Shown here piece by piece: positions 9,769 to 19,384 of a stretch of 64,000 nt of DNA. The DNA comes from a virus, in IMG/VR virus record IMGVR_UViG_3300046820_003928, positions 76,421-140,420 of that record; one strand, given 5' to 3'. The notes beneath the pieces were generated by a model, which did not search any database, had not been told where the DNA came from, and worked only from the letters and a program-made list of their open reading frames with translations. Position 1 is the first letter of the stretch, and every line of letters starts with the position of its first letter. Both the position numbers and the translations under genes were made by a program.

Positions 9769-12094
9769 ATCTCAGCCTAAAGGTAATTTCATCTCCCTCT
9801 CTCTTTTGAACAACTTGAGAGAGATTTGCACGCATAACAATGTTGAAGTTTTCATCGTGCAGGTTTATTCCAGAAATATACACGAAGTCTTCTGCCTGTT
9901 CTGATATTAGATTTGTTGGTGGGAAACTCTTGTATGTCTGATTATTTGATTTATTGAATAGATCGGATCTAGCAGGTACAGAGAAGTTTGCAACTGTCTT
10001 TCTCATTTCTCCCCTGAAGCTTATCTCGAATGAGTTTTTTCCAAAGAAAGAAAGGTGAGGAGAGATGATAGTGATAATTCCGTGATCATAAAAGACAGAA
10101 CCTACACGATTCCAGGCTGCAGCCTTGGTAGAAGAGTCTGATCTATAAATGTTTCCCCTAGAATCATCTCGAAGGGTCATGGATAGACCTCCAGACCCAG
10201 AAAGAGAAGAATCTGTCATGACAAGAGTCCCAGGGACTATTCTTGTCATATAGTAGAGGCTTGGAACAGAGAACATGACTGACCTATTTGAGCTATTATC
10301 AATAGATCTCGTAGTAGTAGATCCATAATTGACATTCTGGTATAGAGGCAAGTATGGATCAGATCCGTCATAGCTAAAGTCATCAAAGGCGACGGAAGGA
10401 ACGTAGATTCCAGCCGGAACAAGAGAGTCCATCGAAATTAGCATTGAAGATGTTCCAAATCCAATTTCTTTGAATCTAGATCTATCTTTCTCTAGAACAG
10501 AAAATGAGGGCTCAAAATTTCCATCATCGCAGGGAAGAATAAAAAAGTTTCTTGCTCTATTTTTTTGCTGCTGCATTAGCAGCTGCTCAACAGTTCCATC
10601 ACGAGAATCAAAAGGTGTAGTTACAACAGTCCCTTCAGACATGTTATAGGCTCGAGATTGCTTGACCCTTGCGAAATCAATTGTGAAATTTTGAAGATTA
10701 ACAAAGGTTGAATTATATCCGGATGCAAGACTAAAAGATACTGGGCTATCAGTGCGCTGTGAAGATATCGAAGTGGGTGTATAGTAGGTAAACACTGCAG
10801 AAGGAATTGATGAAGTAAAAAACGGAGGGAGGAAGAAAGCGGGCCCAGTTGTTTCTGGAGAGTCAACAATTATATCATTGATGTTTGAAACTTCAGAATC
10901 TGTGATGTATCTCTTGAATAGCGTTAGATTGTGAATTTCTGCGTTTAGAGGGTGACTAAATCCAAATCCTACAGGGTCAGTTGTACTTCCTACAGGATCT
11001 ATTAGAGTCCCGTAATTTATCGCGGCAAAAGTGTTGAAAAACTTGGATATTCTGTCTCCGCTATTGTAATAGTTTCCAATCACAAGTGCATCAGATGAAA
11101 GACCTGTTGATATTGAACTACTTGGAATGTTGAAGATGAATCTTTTTTCATCAATGTTTATCGAACAGTCTCCGTAGCTTCTTGTGCTTCCTCCCCATCT
11201 AATTGTAACTCGATGCCAGCTGTCTCTCTTCAGCTCCTCAGGAGGCGAAAATATAAGATTTGCAGGAAATGAAAGTGGGATAGAGGAAGCATCAATGCTG
11301 GATGGCGCAATATCAGCACTCTGACTAAGCTGCAACAAGACTCTAAATGTATCTGGTTTTCCATCAATCCCAACAATTGATCCGCTTATCAGAGAAACGC
11401 AGATAGAAGAAGAAAGATGAAATACTGTCCCAGCTCTAAAATGCCCAGTTTCGTCGATAGGTGCCCTCGGCTTGATGAAAAAGTCAAGGCTGAACGGACC
11501 TTCGGGCGTATAGTCTCTAATTCCGTCAATGTTTGGAAAATTTGGAAATACAAGAGCTGAGCTTGTTCCAAAGTTGCTGGAAGAGACAAAGTTCAAGCTG
11601 TTGTAGTTTGTGTAAGCATTGAAAGAAAGAGGGTTCTGGATTCTCTGTTCTCTCATTAGAACATGTGTGGCGGATTTTCTTTGAAAATTTATCCATTCTC
11701 CAGGATCTTGATCTGCTCCTCCGCTTGGTCCTTCAATGACTGAAGGTGGAGATGAATATCTAACGGGATATGTTGTTGAAAACTGCTGTGCATTCACAGC
11801 AGAGTCAGTTGCACTTCGAAGATACGTCTCCATGATCGTACTGACATCTAATACACCAGAGATGACTTGCTGACTTGCGTCATACAGGAAGTCATCATCT
11901 GCTGTAACGCCATCTGTCTCAACAAATCTCGTACCTGATCTTTCTCCTACAAAAGACCTGATCGTTTGTGACTGATTTGAAAAGATATCAACTGATCCAG
12001 TCAGGCCCGAAGATGAAGAGGAAAACGATCGGCTTGGTTGTAATACAAGCGTCGTTACCTCTATCAGATCCGGGCTGATCTCGATGACAGACAT
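9758..12094 (-). CDS. Virion structural (baseplate/tail) protein with LamG-like segment
   Basis: Ser/Thr-rich; FSLDFFIKP...WHRVTIRW...LVIGN...LFKRYITDSEV resembles LamG; its C-terminal motif is shared with 12101-13387. Confidence 0.6.
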   Translation of the reverse strand: MSVIEISPDLIEVTTLVLQPSRSFSSSSSGLTGSVDIFSNQSQTIRSFVGERSGTRFVETDGVTADDDFLYDASQQVISGVLDVSTIMETYLRSATDSAVNAQQFSTTYPVRYSSPPSVIEGPSGGADQDPGEWINFQRKSATHVLMREQRIQNPLSFNAYTNYNSLNFVSSSNFGTSSALVFPNFPNIDGIRDYTPEGPFSLDFFIKPRAPIDETGHFRAGTVFHLSSSICVSLISGSIVGIDGKPDTFRVLLQLSQSADIAPSSIDASSIPLSFPANLIFSPPEELKRDSWHRVTIRWGGSTRSYGDCSINIDEKRFIFNIPSSSISTGLSSDALVIGNYYNSGDRISKFFNTFAAINYGTLIDPVGSTTDPVGFGFSHPLNAEIHNLTLFKRYITDSEVSNINDIIVDSPETTGPAFFLPPFFTSSIPSAVFTYYTPTSISSQRTDSPVSFSLASGYNSTFVNLQNFTIDFARVKQSRAYNMSEGTVVTTPFDSRDGTVEQLLMQQQKNRARNFFILPCDDGNFEPSFSVLEKDRSRFKEIGFGTSSMLISMDSLVPAGIYVPSVAFDDFSYDGSDPYLPLYQNVNYGSTTTRSIDNSSNRSVMFSVPSLYYMTRIVPGTLVMTDSSLSGSGGLSMTLRDDSRGNIYRSDSSTKAAAWNRVGSVFYDHGIITIISPHLSFFGKNSFEISFRGEMRKTVANFSVPARSDLFNKSNNQTYKSFPPTNLISEQAEDFVYISGINLHDENFNIVMRANLSQVVQKREGDEITFRLRYDF

Positions 12095-12100
12095 AACACC

Positions 12101-13387
12101 TCAGTAGTCGAGTCTTACTCTAAATGACAGCTTCTTTTCGTCATTTTTCTCAACAGGTCTCGAAAGTTTTGCAACTGCAAGAAGGTTATCTGCAGCATCG
12201 TAGAGTCCGATCGTTGTAATAAACGTAAAGGACTTCTGTGTTGTCTCTTCGCCCTGATCAATTACAACTATTCTTCCATCAGAATCTGTGAATGTCGGGT
12301 TTGATGAATAGTTGAACTCATCTGCAGAGGCCTCACAGAACACCAGTGTTGAATTGATTGCAGTAAGATTCTGGAATGTGATAGCAGTGTCGTTAGAATT
12401 GCTAGAATTTCCAAATCTAACCGAAGCTAAGTGATTGATGATGTCATCCATTGAAGAGGATACAACAAAGTCTGGAATGAATCTGGCAGATGGATTTTCA
12501 ACAGCTGACCAAACATTTCTTCCGATAAACGTTGTTCCTGCCTGGGTGGTGACTCCGCCAAATGTATCAGATGCAGTTGCTGCACTGATTACTCCGCTCA
12601 TATGCTGCGATGAAAAGAACACCTTTTCCATGTCAAGGACAGCGATTCCCTGATCGTAGAAGATCAAGCCCACGTTCTGCGAGGTGTTAGATGCATTTAT
12701 CAAATTTGAAACAGTTCCACCATAGGTAAACTGGGGAGCTGATCCGGCGCCTGCATCGGTGACAATAAATGATCCTGATGCAGCAGGATAGTCTATGTTA
12801 GATGCTGTCAGGGTGTTTCTGATTGACTTCTCATATGCAGAAGCATTGACAGATCCGTCAAGGGCTGCCGATGCGAAGATCTTCATTGCGAATGTTTCGT
12901 GCTTTATTCCATCTCTTGAAAAGAGTCTCTTAAATGGAATAAAGACCGCAGCGTCAATTTTGTCATCGGTTCCAGCATTTGTAAAAGGAGAGGTAAACTG
13001 AGCGTTTGCATTCCCGAGTAGAATCTGCGCAAACTGACTGTAGACTTGAACCTTCTCTCTCATCATTGCAGTATTTGAATCAAATGTAAGCTTACCAGCA
13101 GTGTCAACTCCGTATCCAGGAGCTCCTGTAACGAGTGTGCTAGAAGCAAAAAGACCAACTGTTATGTCAAACATCTCGTTGGCGGTTGCAAGAGTAAAAT
13201 CTTGATCAAAGACTGTCTGGAATAAAGAAGACGTGATAGATGCAGCACCAGATCCAGAAATGAAAACTTCATATGCCTTTCTGGTTGCTGATCCGCTGAC
13301 ACTTTCCTGGACAACATCGACAAGCTGATTTAGAAAAGACTTTGCTGTCTTTATGTCTTTAGGTCCGATACCTTTGTAGACTGGCAT
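12101..13387 (-). CDS. Virion structural protein
   Basis: C-terminal FITTIGLYD...LLAVAKLSRPVEK...FRVRLDY; SGS/TGS-rich; in tail block. Confidence 0.6.
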   Translation of the reverse strand: MPVYKGIGPKDIKTAKSFLNQLVDVVQESVSGSATRKAYEVFISGSGAASITSSLFQTVFDQDFTLATANEMFDITVGLFASSTLVTGAPGYGVDTAGKLTFDSNTAMMREKVQVYSQFAQILLGNANAQFTSPFTNAGTDDKIDAAVFIPFKRLFSRDGIKHETFAMKIFASAALDGSVNASAYEKSIRNTLTASNIDYPAASGSFIVTDAGAGSAPQFTYGGTVSNLINASNTSQNVGLIFYDQGIAVLDMEKVFFSSQHMSGVISAATASDTFGGVTTQAGTTFIGRNVWSAVENPSARFIPDFVVSSSMDDIINHLASVRFGNSSNSNDTAITFQNLTAINSTLVFCEASADEFNYSSNPTFTDSDGRIVVIDQGEETTQKSFTFITTIGLYDAADNLLAVAKLSRPVEKNDEKKLSFRVRLDY

Positions 13388-13396
13388 TTTTTATCC

Positions 13397-14101
13397 TTAC
13401 TGTGTAGTTGTAACGTTGACCTGAATGTCAGTTCTCTGACCTGAATTTCTTCCAATTATTGCAACGTATGTTGTGATGTATGAAGTTCCAGGAATTTTAT
13501 ATGCAAGTTGAGTTGCTGCAGGAACAGACTGTGGCACGATGCTAAAGGAAAGCTGCGAAAGCGGGTTTGTTGCAGATGTTGAGCTTGCCGGGAATGTGTA
13601 AGTTGCAACGTTTGTTGAAGAAATAGACGTCGGAGTAGTTACATTGTTAGAAAAAGCACGAAGAAAACGATTATCAAGGTAGACAAAGAAGTCATCATCG
13701 ATAAGCTCAGGAGGACAAGAAAATCCATCTGCTATTGTTAGCTGTACACTTACTGCCTGAGCTGATTTGCTGGAAAAGTTCAAAGAAATTGCACCAACAG
13801 GAGAGATCTCAAAAGTCGGAAGGTAAGTTACAACATTTGAAACTGTCGATACGCTAACAAGACTATTTCTAAGGGCAATATTTGGATTCGTAAGGGCCTC
13901 GAAGACAGGTGTGTTCTTTTCTATCTTCTCTTTTCCAACTGTTCGACCGTATTGCTCTATGATTCCATAGTCAACTTCATCATCAGCAAGCGCAAACTTC
14001 GTAATAACAAATCGACCCTGTGAGGCAAGTAGCCTTCTACCTGTATCTGTAAGAACAGCGTCAAGGATGATGTTGTTCGTGCTCTGGTCTAAGAAACCCA
14101 T
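13397..14101 (-). CDS. Virion structural protein with tail-collar-like N-terminus
   Basis: DAVLTDTGRRLLA...ITKFALADDEVDY; same N-terminal pattern as 21328-22263; SD GAGAGGT. Confidence 0.6.
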   Translation of the reverse strand: MGFLDQSTNNIILDAVLTDTGRRLLASQGRFVITKFALADDEVDYGIIEQYGRTVGKEKIEKNTPVFEALTNPNIALRNSLVSVSTVSNVVTYLPTFEISPVGAISLNFSSKSAQAVSVQLTIADGFSCPPELIDDDFFVYLDNRFLRAFSNNVTTPTSISSTNVATYTFPASSTSATNPLSQLSFSIVPQSVPAATQLAYKIPGTSYITTYVAIIGRNSGQRTDIQVNVTTTQ

Positions 14102-14122
14102 ATTCTTCTAACCTCTCATCTT

Positions 14123-14129
14123 TAAATAT
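14123..14129 (-). promoter_or_regulatory. ATANTTA putative late promoter (ATATTTA)
   Basis: Intergenic, upstream of the SD and ATG 14101. Confidence 0.55.
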
Positions 14130-14153
14130 CACACTTTTTAGTTCGCAGGTAAA

Positions 14154-15935
14154 TCAATTAGCTGTGTAAAACCTGGCTAGACTTGCAGGTATTCCGTCTG
14201 ATCCTATTCTAATGTCTCCGATTGAAATGTCAACTGTTTGATTTTGAATGAGATTTATTTCTGTAAGTGAAAGTTTGTAATTTATGCCATCAAATCCTGT
14301 TGTCGAAATCAAAGAAAGCGATTCTCCCTCTCTTGTGACATCAAGATATTCGGGATCAAAGTAGATCCTAATCCTGCTGTGTCCGCTGTCCTTGATTAGA
14401 TCGCTGAAGAAATCACCCAGAATATTGACATTTGGATATGGCTTTGGTGCACCAGCAGTAGAGATCCTAGAAACAAGAAGTTTTCCTGTTATTCTATCAA
14501 ATCTTACACGGAATTGCTCAGAAAAAGAAGAAGAGTATCCGTGAGCATCAATACAGCACAGGGCGTAGATGTAATCGCTGGAAAAATCAACGAAGGTTGT
14601 ATCAAGATAACTCTTCTTTGGACCTGACTCTATTTGAATCTTGCTCTCAGGAATTGTCTCTCCTGACGTGTATGGCAAAATTGTGTTATCAAAATTGATC
14701 TCTCTTATGATTGAGAAGGGATCATTTATACTCTTCCTTCTAAAGACCTGAAATCTCTTGATATCTTTTTGTGGATTAGAGGGAAAGTTCCATCGAATGT
14801 ATAGTCCAGAAAGTGTCTGCTGGAAGGAAATGTTGACCGGTGGGTCGGGAGGAATTATCTCAATGCAGTCAACAGTTGCAAATTCACCAGTAGATGCAAA
14901 TAAAGAAATTGCGACAGAAAACCCTTCAGGCGTAGGAAATGATGATGTATCTGCAAGAGAAAAAACAGACGAATAAATCGTTCTAATCTTGTACTTGTAT
15001 GTTGCTCCGTACCTTACTTGTGTATCCTGGTATGAGCTGATTGTGGGATCTTCAATTACTATATCTGGGTAACGAAGCGTTGAACCGTCAAGCTGCTCAC
15101 CATATTTCTCAATAATATAGCCAACTTTTCCGCTTCGAAGACCCGATGTCTCTGTTCCCGATCGAAAAAAATTAGAATAAACAGTCTCAATTTCAACGTC
15201 AATTTCATTTTCTGTTATTCTAAAGGGATCAAATGCCGTAGATTTTGCCCTATCCTGAACGGGAACTGATTCATTATACGCTGCTGCAAATTCATCAGCA
15301 TATGCAGATGCTTGCCATCGTGCAGAAGTCTCAAGAATATCAGATACAAATAGGTTATTCAGAGACAGGCCAAGATTTACTGCTTTTACATCGGTCTCAT
15401 ATAAGTTTGTTATCTCTGAACGTGTGTCTGCCTCGGAAAATTTAAGACCAGACGACTGTTGCCTTCCTGCGCTAAGAAAATCTCTTGTCGATGCATTCGT
15501 TGCAGAAACATCCGACGAGCTTGCAAAGCTGTAGATCTTCTCATCGACTGCGGTGTCATGAATGAGAATTCCCGAAAAATTATTATCAAAGGGTGCATCC
15601 TCGTAGATTAGCTTTCCTTGATCGATTGCGTTGCTAATCGTCAACCCCTCGGGCAGTGAAGTATTTTCATATTCAGTATTTGATGAAAATGAAAGGTTCA
15701 CAACTCGAGGTAGAACTCCATTTTCATAGTTTTCAGATACAAAAAGATATTGATCAGTGTCTGCATCGATTGAATCTAAGAAAGTCTCCTCAGAGACTCC
15801 TTCGTCTCTTGTGTAGTAGTTGTACACAAACTCTGCTTCTATTTTTTCACTTTTTGGAAAGTAAATGTAATAGAAAGGAATGCTTACAGATGAAGTTGCG
15901 AAGAGAAGATCAGAATCTGTAATGTATGAAGACAT
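14154..15935 (-). CDS. Virion structural protein with fibronectin-III-like domains
   Basis: PPDPPVNI...LYIRWNFP...FQVFRR...YIYAL and YQDTQVRYGATYKYKIR patterns. Confidence 0.6.
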   Translation of the reverse strand: MSSYITDSDLLFATSSVSIPFYYIYFPKSEKIEAEFVYNYYTRDEGVSEETFLDSIDADTDQYLFVSENYENGVLPRVVNLSFSSNTEYENTSLPEGLTISNAIDQGKLIYEDAPFDNNFSGILIHDTAVDEKIYSFASSSDVSATNASTRDFLSAGRQQSSGLKFSEADTRSEITNLYETDVKAVNLGLSLNNLFVSDILETSARWQASAYADEFAAAYNESVPVQDRAKSTAFDPFRITENEIDVEIETVYSNFFRSGTETSGLRSGKVGYIIEKYGEQLDGSTLRYPDIVIEDPTISSYQDTQVRYGATYKYKIRTIYSSVFSLADTSSFPTPEGFSVAISLFASTGEFATVDCIEIIPPDPPVNISFQQTLSGLYIRWNFPSNPQKDIKRFQVFRRKSINDPFSIIREINFDNTILPYTSGETIPESKIQIESGPKKSYLDTTFVDFSSDYIYALCCIDAHGYSSSFSEQFRVRFDRITGKLLVSRISTAGAPKPYPNVNILGDFFSDLIKDSGHSRIRIYFDPEYLDVTREGESLSLISTTGFDGINYKLSLTEINLIQNQTVDISIGDIRIGSDGIPASLARFYTAN

Positions 15936-18900
15936 TATGAGTTTATCCTTGCATAAAATTCTGTAAGAACATTTCCTACATTTTTTCCTTCATATAGAAC
16001 ATATACGATCTTGTCAAACAGAGGTGAAGATTCAAGGTCATCAAGCATTGTTGTAGTTATAAAGTCTCTGTGCATCATTATCATAGATCTAAGCCTTGCA
16101 TATTCGAGTGCTCTATCTGCATCCTCAGTCCCATATCCAGCTGCTATAAGGATCTCATTGGCTGTGATGAGCTCTGGATAGTCTCGTGACATGGGGGTTT
16201 TTGTAGTAGCATACCTTACATATAGACCGTAAACGTCCTCAAGATATGACTGCAATGCTGCCTGGACCACTGCAGAAGAGTAATCGATGGATCTCTGATT
16301 TTCTGTCATTTCAGATCTAAATAGAGTTGAAAGAGAAGAAAGACCAGAGTTCGACACTAGATACCCGATGCTATTATCGGATAGATCGCTTGGTCTTGCA
16401 TTTGATTCAAAGTCATCATACATTCCAACGATGAGACTATTGAACGGACCTCCAGTATCTGGTCTATTGTTTTTTGCAGATTCAATATACTTGAACTGGT
16501 AATCTATTTTGTTTTCATCAGTTTCTGCAGAGACATCGTCAGCAAAAAGATCAACTCCAAAATAAAACTTTCTTTCGGATTGAGCAAGTCGTAATCTCTC
16601 GAGTAGGCCGTACGGGATACCCACTATACAGACTTGAAGGTCTGATCTTTCTGGTATCCTGTCTTTAAAAACTGCCTCAATTATCGATCTATAGTTTTGT
16701 GACCTTGTCGCAATCGTGCTTATGCTTGTTCCGGGTATAAGTGTCTGGTATCTTTGTGATCTATAGAGAAGCTCAACAATTGACTCTGGTGTTAGATATC
16801 TTCCAGCGATCCTTGATGCTCTGTCTGAATCTCCGCCATATTGTCCTGCTATTATTGAGATTTGATTTTCAATCTGCCTAATTGCACTAACTTGGGAATT
16901 CAGCGTGGTTAACTGATACGCAATGAGAGAAATCAAGTCTTGAGATACCTGAAGTGAGAATTTCACAGGAGATCTTGCGAACTTAAAAAATGACTCCTGT
17001 CCTATGTCAATATCTGACTGTTCAGGGGATTCTCCTGTGATTATCTGATAGTATTCGAAATCAAGATCACTTGCCTGAGTATTCTCAAAGGCTCCTCTCA
17101 AAGATTCAACAAGAAATGCAGCAGATGATCTGAACCACTCAATCGAACCTCTAAACCTGTTGTTTGACTCATTATAAGAAAGTGCAATTCTAAGTCTTAG
17201 CTTTCTAATGAAGTAAAGAAACATTGTAAAAGCTGAGATTTTTATCTTTCTTCTTAGACTTTCTGATGTTGAAATTGCTGGGTACTTTGTCTCAAGTACA
17301 CCTAGAATTCCATCAAAAATACCAAGAATTCCACTTGAGGCAAAGATGTTGCTAAATGTATCTTCGTAGTTGTCTCCCTTTCCAAAGTCTATCTCAGATT
17401 TTGCCTGATTTTTCTGGATTTGATCACCAGTTCCTGTTCTTGTTTTGGTAAAATCAGACTTGCTATCTTTGACAAATCCAGTTGAAAAAGTAAATTTATC
17501 ATATCCATCACTTTCATTAAAGATGTCGTCTCTGGATCGAAAGAGATCACTTTCAGGATTTTCATTCATAATCTTGGAAAGAAGCATGAGAGCATTTTCA
17601 TCATTCTTGGATGCAAGACCAAACATTATCATTCTAAGGGTGTCTAATTCGCTTGGTGAATCTGAACAAAGCGAGACGTTTATTGCATGTCCAAAATAAT
17701 CATAGAAAGCTCTCAGAACTGTCAATGCACACTGGTTCGTTATTACGGCTCTATTTTCAGAAGGAAATCTTGAAAGAGATCCGGCAATTTCATCGATTCC
17801 AGATTTTATCAAAGCAAGATCTTCTAGTTTTTTAATCAAAATGTCTTCAATAGGAGAATAAATGTTAGATTCATTGACATTAGAACTAATAAAACTGTCA
17901 AATAGTGATAAAATCTGACCTTCAGAAGTTTCCACAAATCGTATAGAGTCCTCGGTTGTCTGATTGATAGTAATGTTTACCAGATCGTCCGGAAGAAAGG
18001 CAGAAATTCTTCCCGCATCTTCTCTTCCTGGACGAATTGAAACTGGGAGGCTTTCTAGCTGCGAAAATCCAGACACTTCCATTATTTCATATGCAAGAAA
18101 TACCGGAATCTGTCTAATAAACTCTGTTGTAGCAGCATCATTTCTAATTGCATATCCGAATTTAAAGGCAAGAGAGTTTCCGTAAGATATGTTATTGTCA
18201 ATGGCAGCCTGCTCAATTTCATTATAATTGTTAGATGCAGAATAAAATTCAGCAACCTTTGCAATCGATGATTTTGCAAAGGATAGATTAGAATTCATTG
18301 ATATTCTATCGGATGTAAAATCCTGAAGCTTTGCCACAGTAAATGCATCGACATCATCATATGGATTTAGATAACCAAATTCATCGATATCATTTAGCCT
18401 AATTCCCTGAGTTATCTGAAAAAGAGCTGCCTTTAAAATCTGATATTGTCTTGTGGTCTTTATCTGGCTATTTCTCTCAAATTCAGATCCAGCAGGGCCA
18501 ATCTTCTTTCCTATGAATCTGTCAACCATCTGAGAGTAGATGTCTTTGTTTGAGCTATTGTATTTTGAAACATCGTCATCGACATAGTCGACTGACATAT
18601 TTCCAAAGTCTCCCGTATCTGAACTTGTAAAAGAAAATGAAAATGCAGATGGTCCAGCAGGTCCTAGCACGTTTCTAGGTTCTGCAACTGTTGTAGCAGA
18701 GTCTATCGACACGCTTAAAAGTTCTGAATCTGTGGGCGTGGTAATTTTTGTTGTATCAATAATTTGCTCTTTTAGAGACCCAATCTCTATGAGAGCTTTT
18801 GAGACTGTATTGTATTTAGAAAGATTCTCGTTGCGCCGTGACGCAATGACTTCCGGCGCCGTTGGAGATCCGTCACTCAGAACTGAGCCCAGGCTAAGAT

Positions 18901-19384
18901 AGTATTGATTTACTATATCATTTGCCTTTGTAACCGTTGAATCCCTGAGATCATTCTGGATCTCATATATTGACCCAAGATTTGTAGGAACATCTCCCTT
19001 AAAGAGGTTTGTTAGAGGAAACGTCCCAAGTATAACAGGATAGCCACTGCAAATTCCGCTTCCGGTAATCTCTGTGTCATAAATCGTTGAATCATATGAA
19101 AAGACTGTGCTAGTAATTTCGGGTATTGTTCTTGCTTCAACACCAAGTGATCCTGCTGCCCCTACAGCAGCAGTATTCGGTATTGTAACTCTAAATGCAG
19201 GATTTGAAGGTTCTTCACTATCACTTATAACAGCAGGAGATACCTGTGAAAGTGTTGCAGGAATTACCGGGATAGTCACAGCAAGGCTGGGAGATCCGTA
19301 ATCCGAAATTCTTAGCTGATTAGGCTTTGCAGCGGAGACATTTGAAGCTGAGATTTTTGATCTTGTTGTATCTTCTATTGGCAC
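15935..19384 (-). CDS. Large hypothetical virion protein (1149 aa)
   Basis: Long ORF translationally coupled to its neighbours in the structural block; no motif recognised. Confidence 0.55.
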   Translation of the reverse strand: MPIEDTTRSKISASNVSAAKPNQLRISDYGSPSLAVTIPVIPATLSQVSPAVISDSEEPSNPAFRVTIPNTAAVGAAGSLGVEARTIPEITSTVFSYDSTIYDTEITGSGICSGYPVILGTFPLTNLFKGDVPTNLGSIYEIQNDLRDSTVTKANDIVNQYYLSLGSVLSDGSPTAPEVIASRRNENLSKYNTVSKALIEIGSLKEQIIDTTKITTPTDSELLSVSIDSATTVAEPRNVLGPAGPSAFSFSFTSSDTGDFGNMSVDYVDDDVSKYNSSNKDIYSQMVDRFIGKKIGPAGSEFERNSQIKTTRQYQILKAALFQITQGIRLNDIDEFGYLNPYDDVDAFTVAKLQDFTSDRISMNSNLSFAKSSIAKVAEFYSASNNYNEIEQAAIDNNISYGNSLAFKFGYAIRNDAATTEFIRQIPVFLAYEIMEVSGFSQLESLPVSIRPGREDAGRISAFLPDDLVNITINQTTEDSIRFVETSEGQILSLFDSFISSNVNESNIYSPIEDILIKKLEDLALIKSGIDEIAGSLSRFPSENRAVITNQCALTVLRAFYDYFGHAINVSLCSDSPSELDTLRMIMFGLASKNDENALMLLSKIMNENPESDLFRSRDDIFNESDGYDKFTFSTGFVKDSKSDFTKTRTGTGDQIQKNQAKSEIDFGKGDNYEDTFSNIFASSGILGIFDGILGVLETKYPAISTSESLRRKIKISAFTMFLYFIRKLRLRIALSYNESNNRFRGSIEWFRSSAAFLVESLRGAFENTQASDLDFEYYQIITGESPEQSDIDIGQESFFKFARSPVKFSLQVSQDLISLIAYQLTTLNSQVSAIRQIENQISIIAGQYGGDSDRASRIAGRYLTPESIVELLYRSQRYQTLIPGTSISTIATRSQNYRSIIEAVFKDRIPERSDLQVCIVGIPYGLLERLRLAQSERKFYFGVDLFADDVSAETDENKIDYQFKYIESAKNNRPDTGGPFNSLIVGMYDDFESNARPSDLSDNSIGYLVSNSGLSSLSTLFRSEMTENQRSIDYSSAVVQAALQSYLEDVYGLYVRYATTKTPMSRDYPELITANEILIAAGYGTEDADRALEYARLRSMIMMHRDFITTTMLDDLESSPLFDKIVYVLYEGKNVGNVLTEFYARINS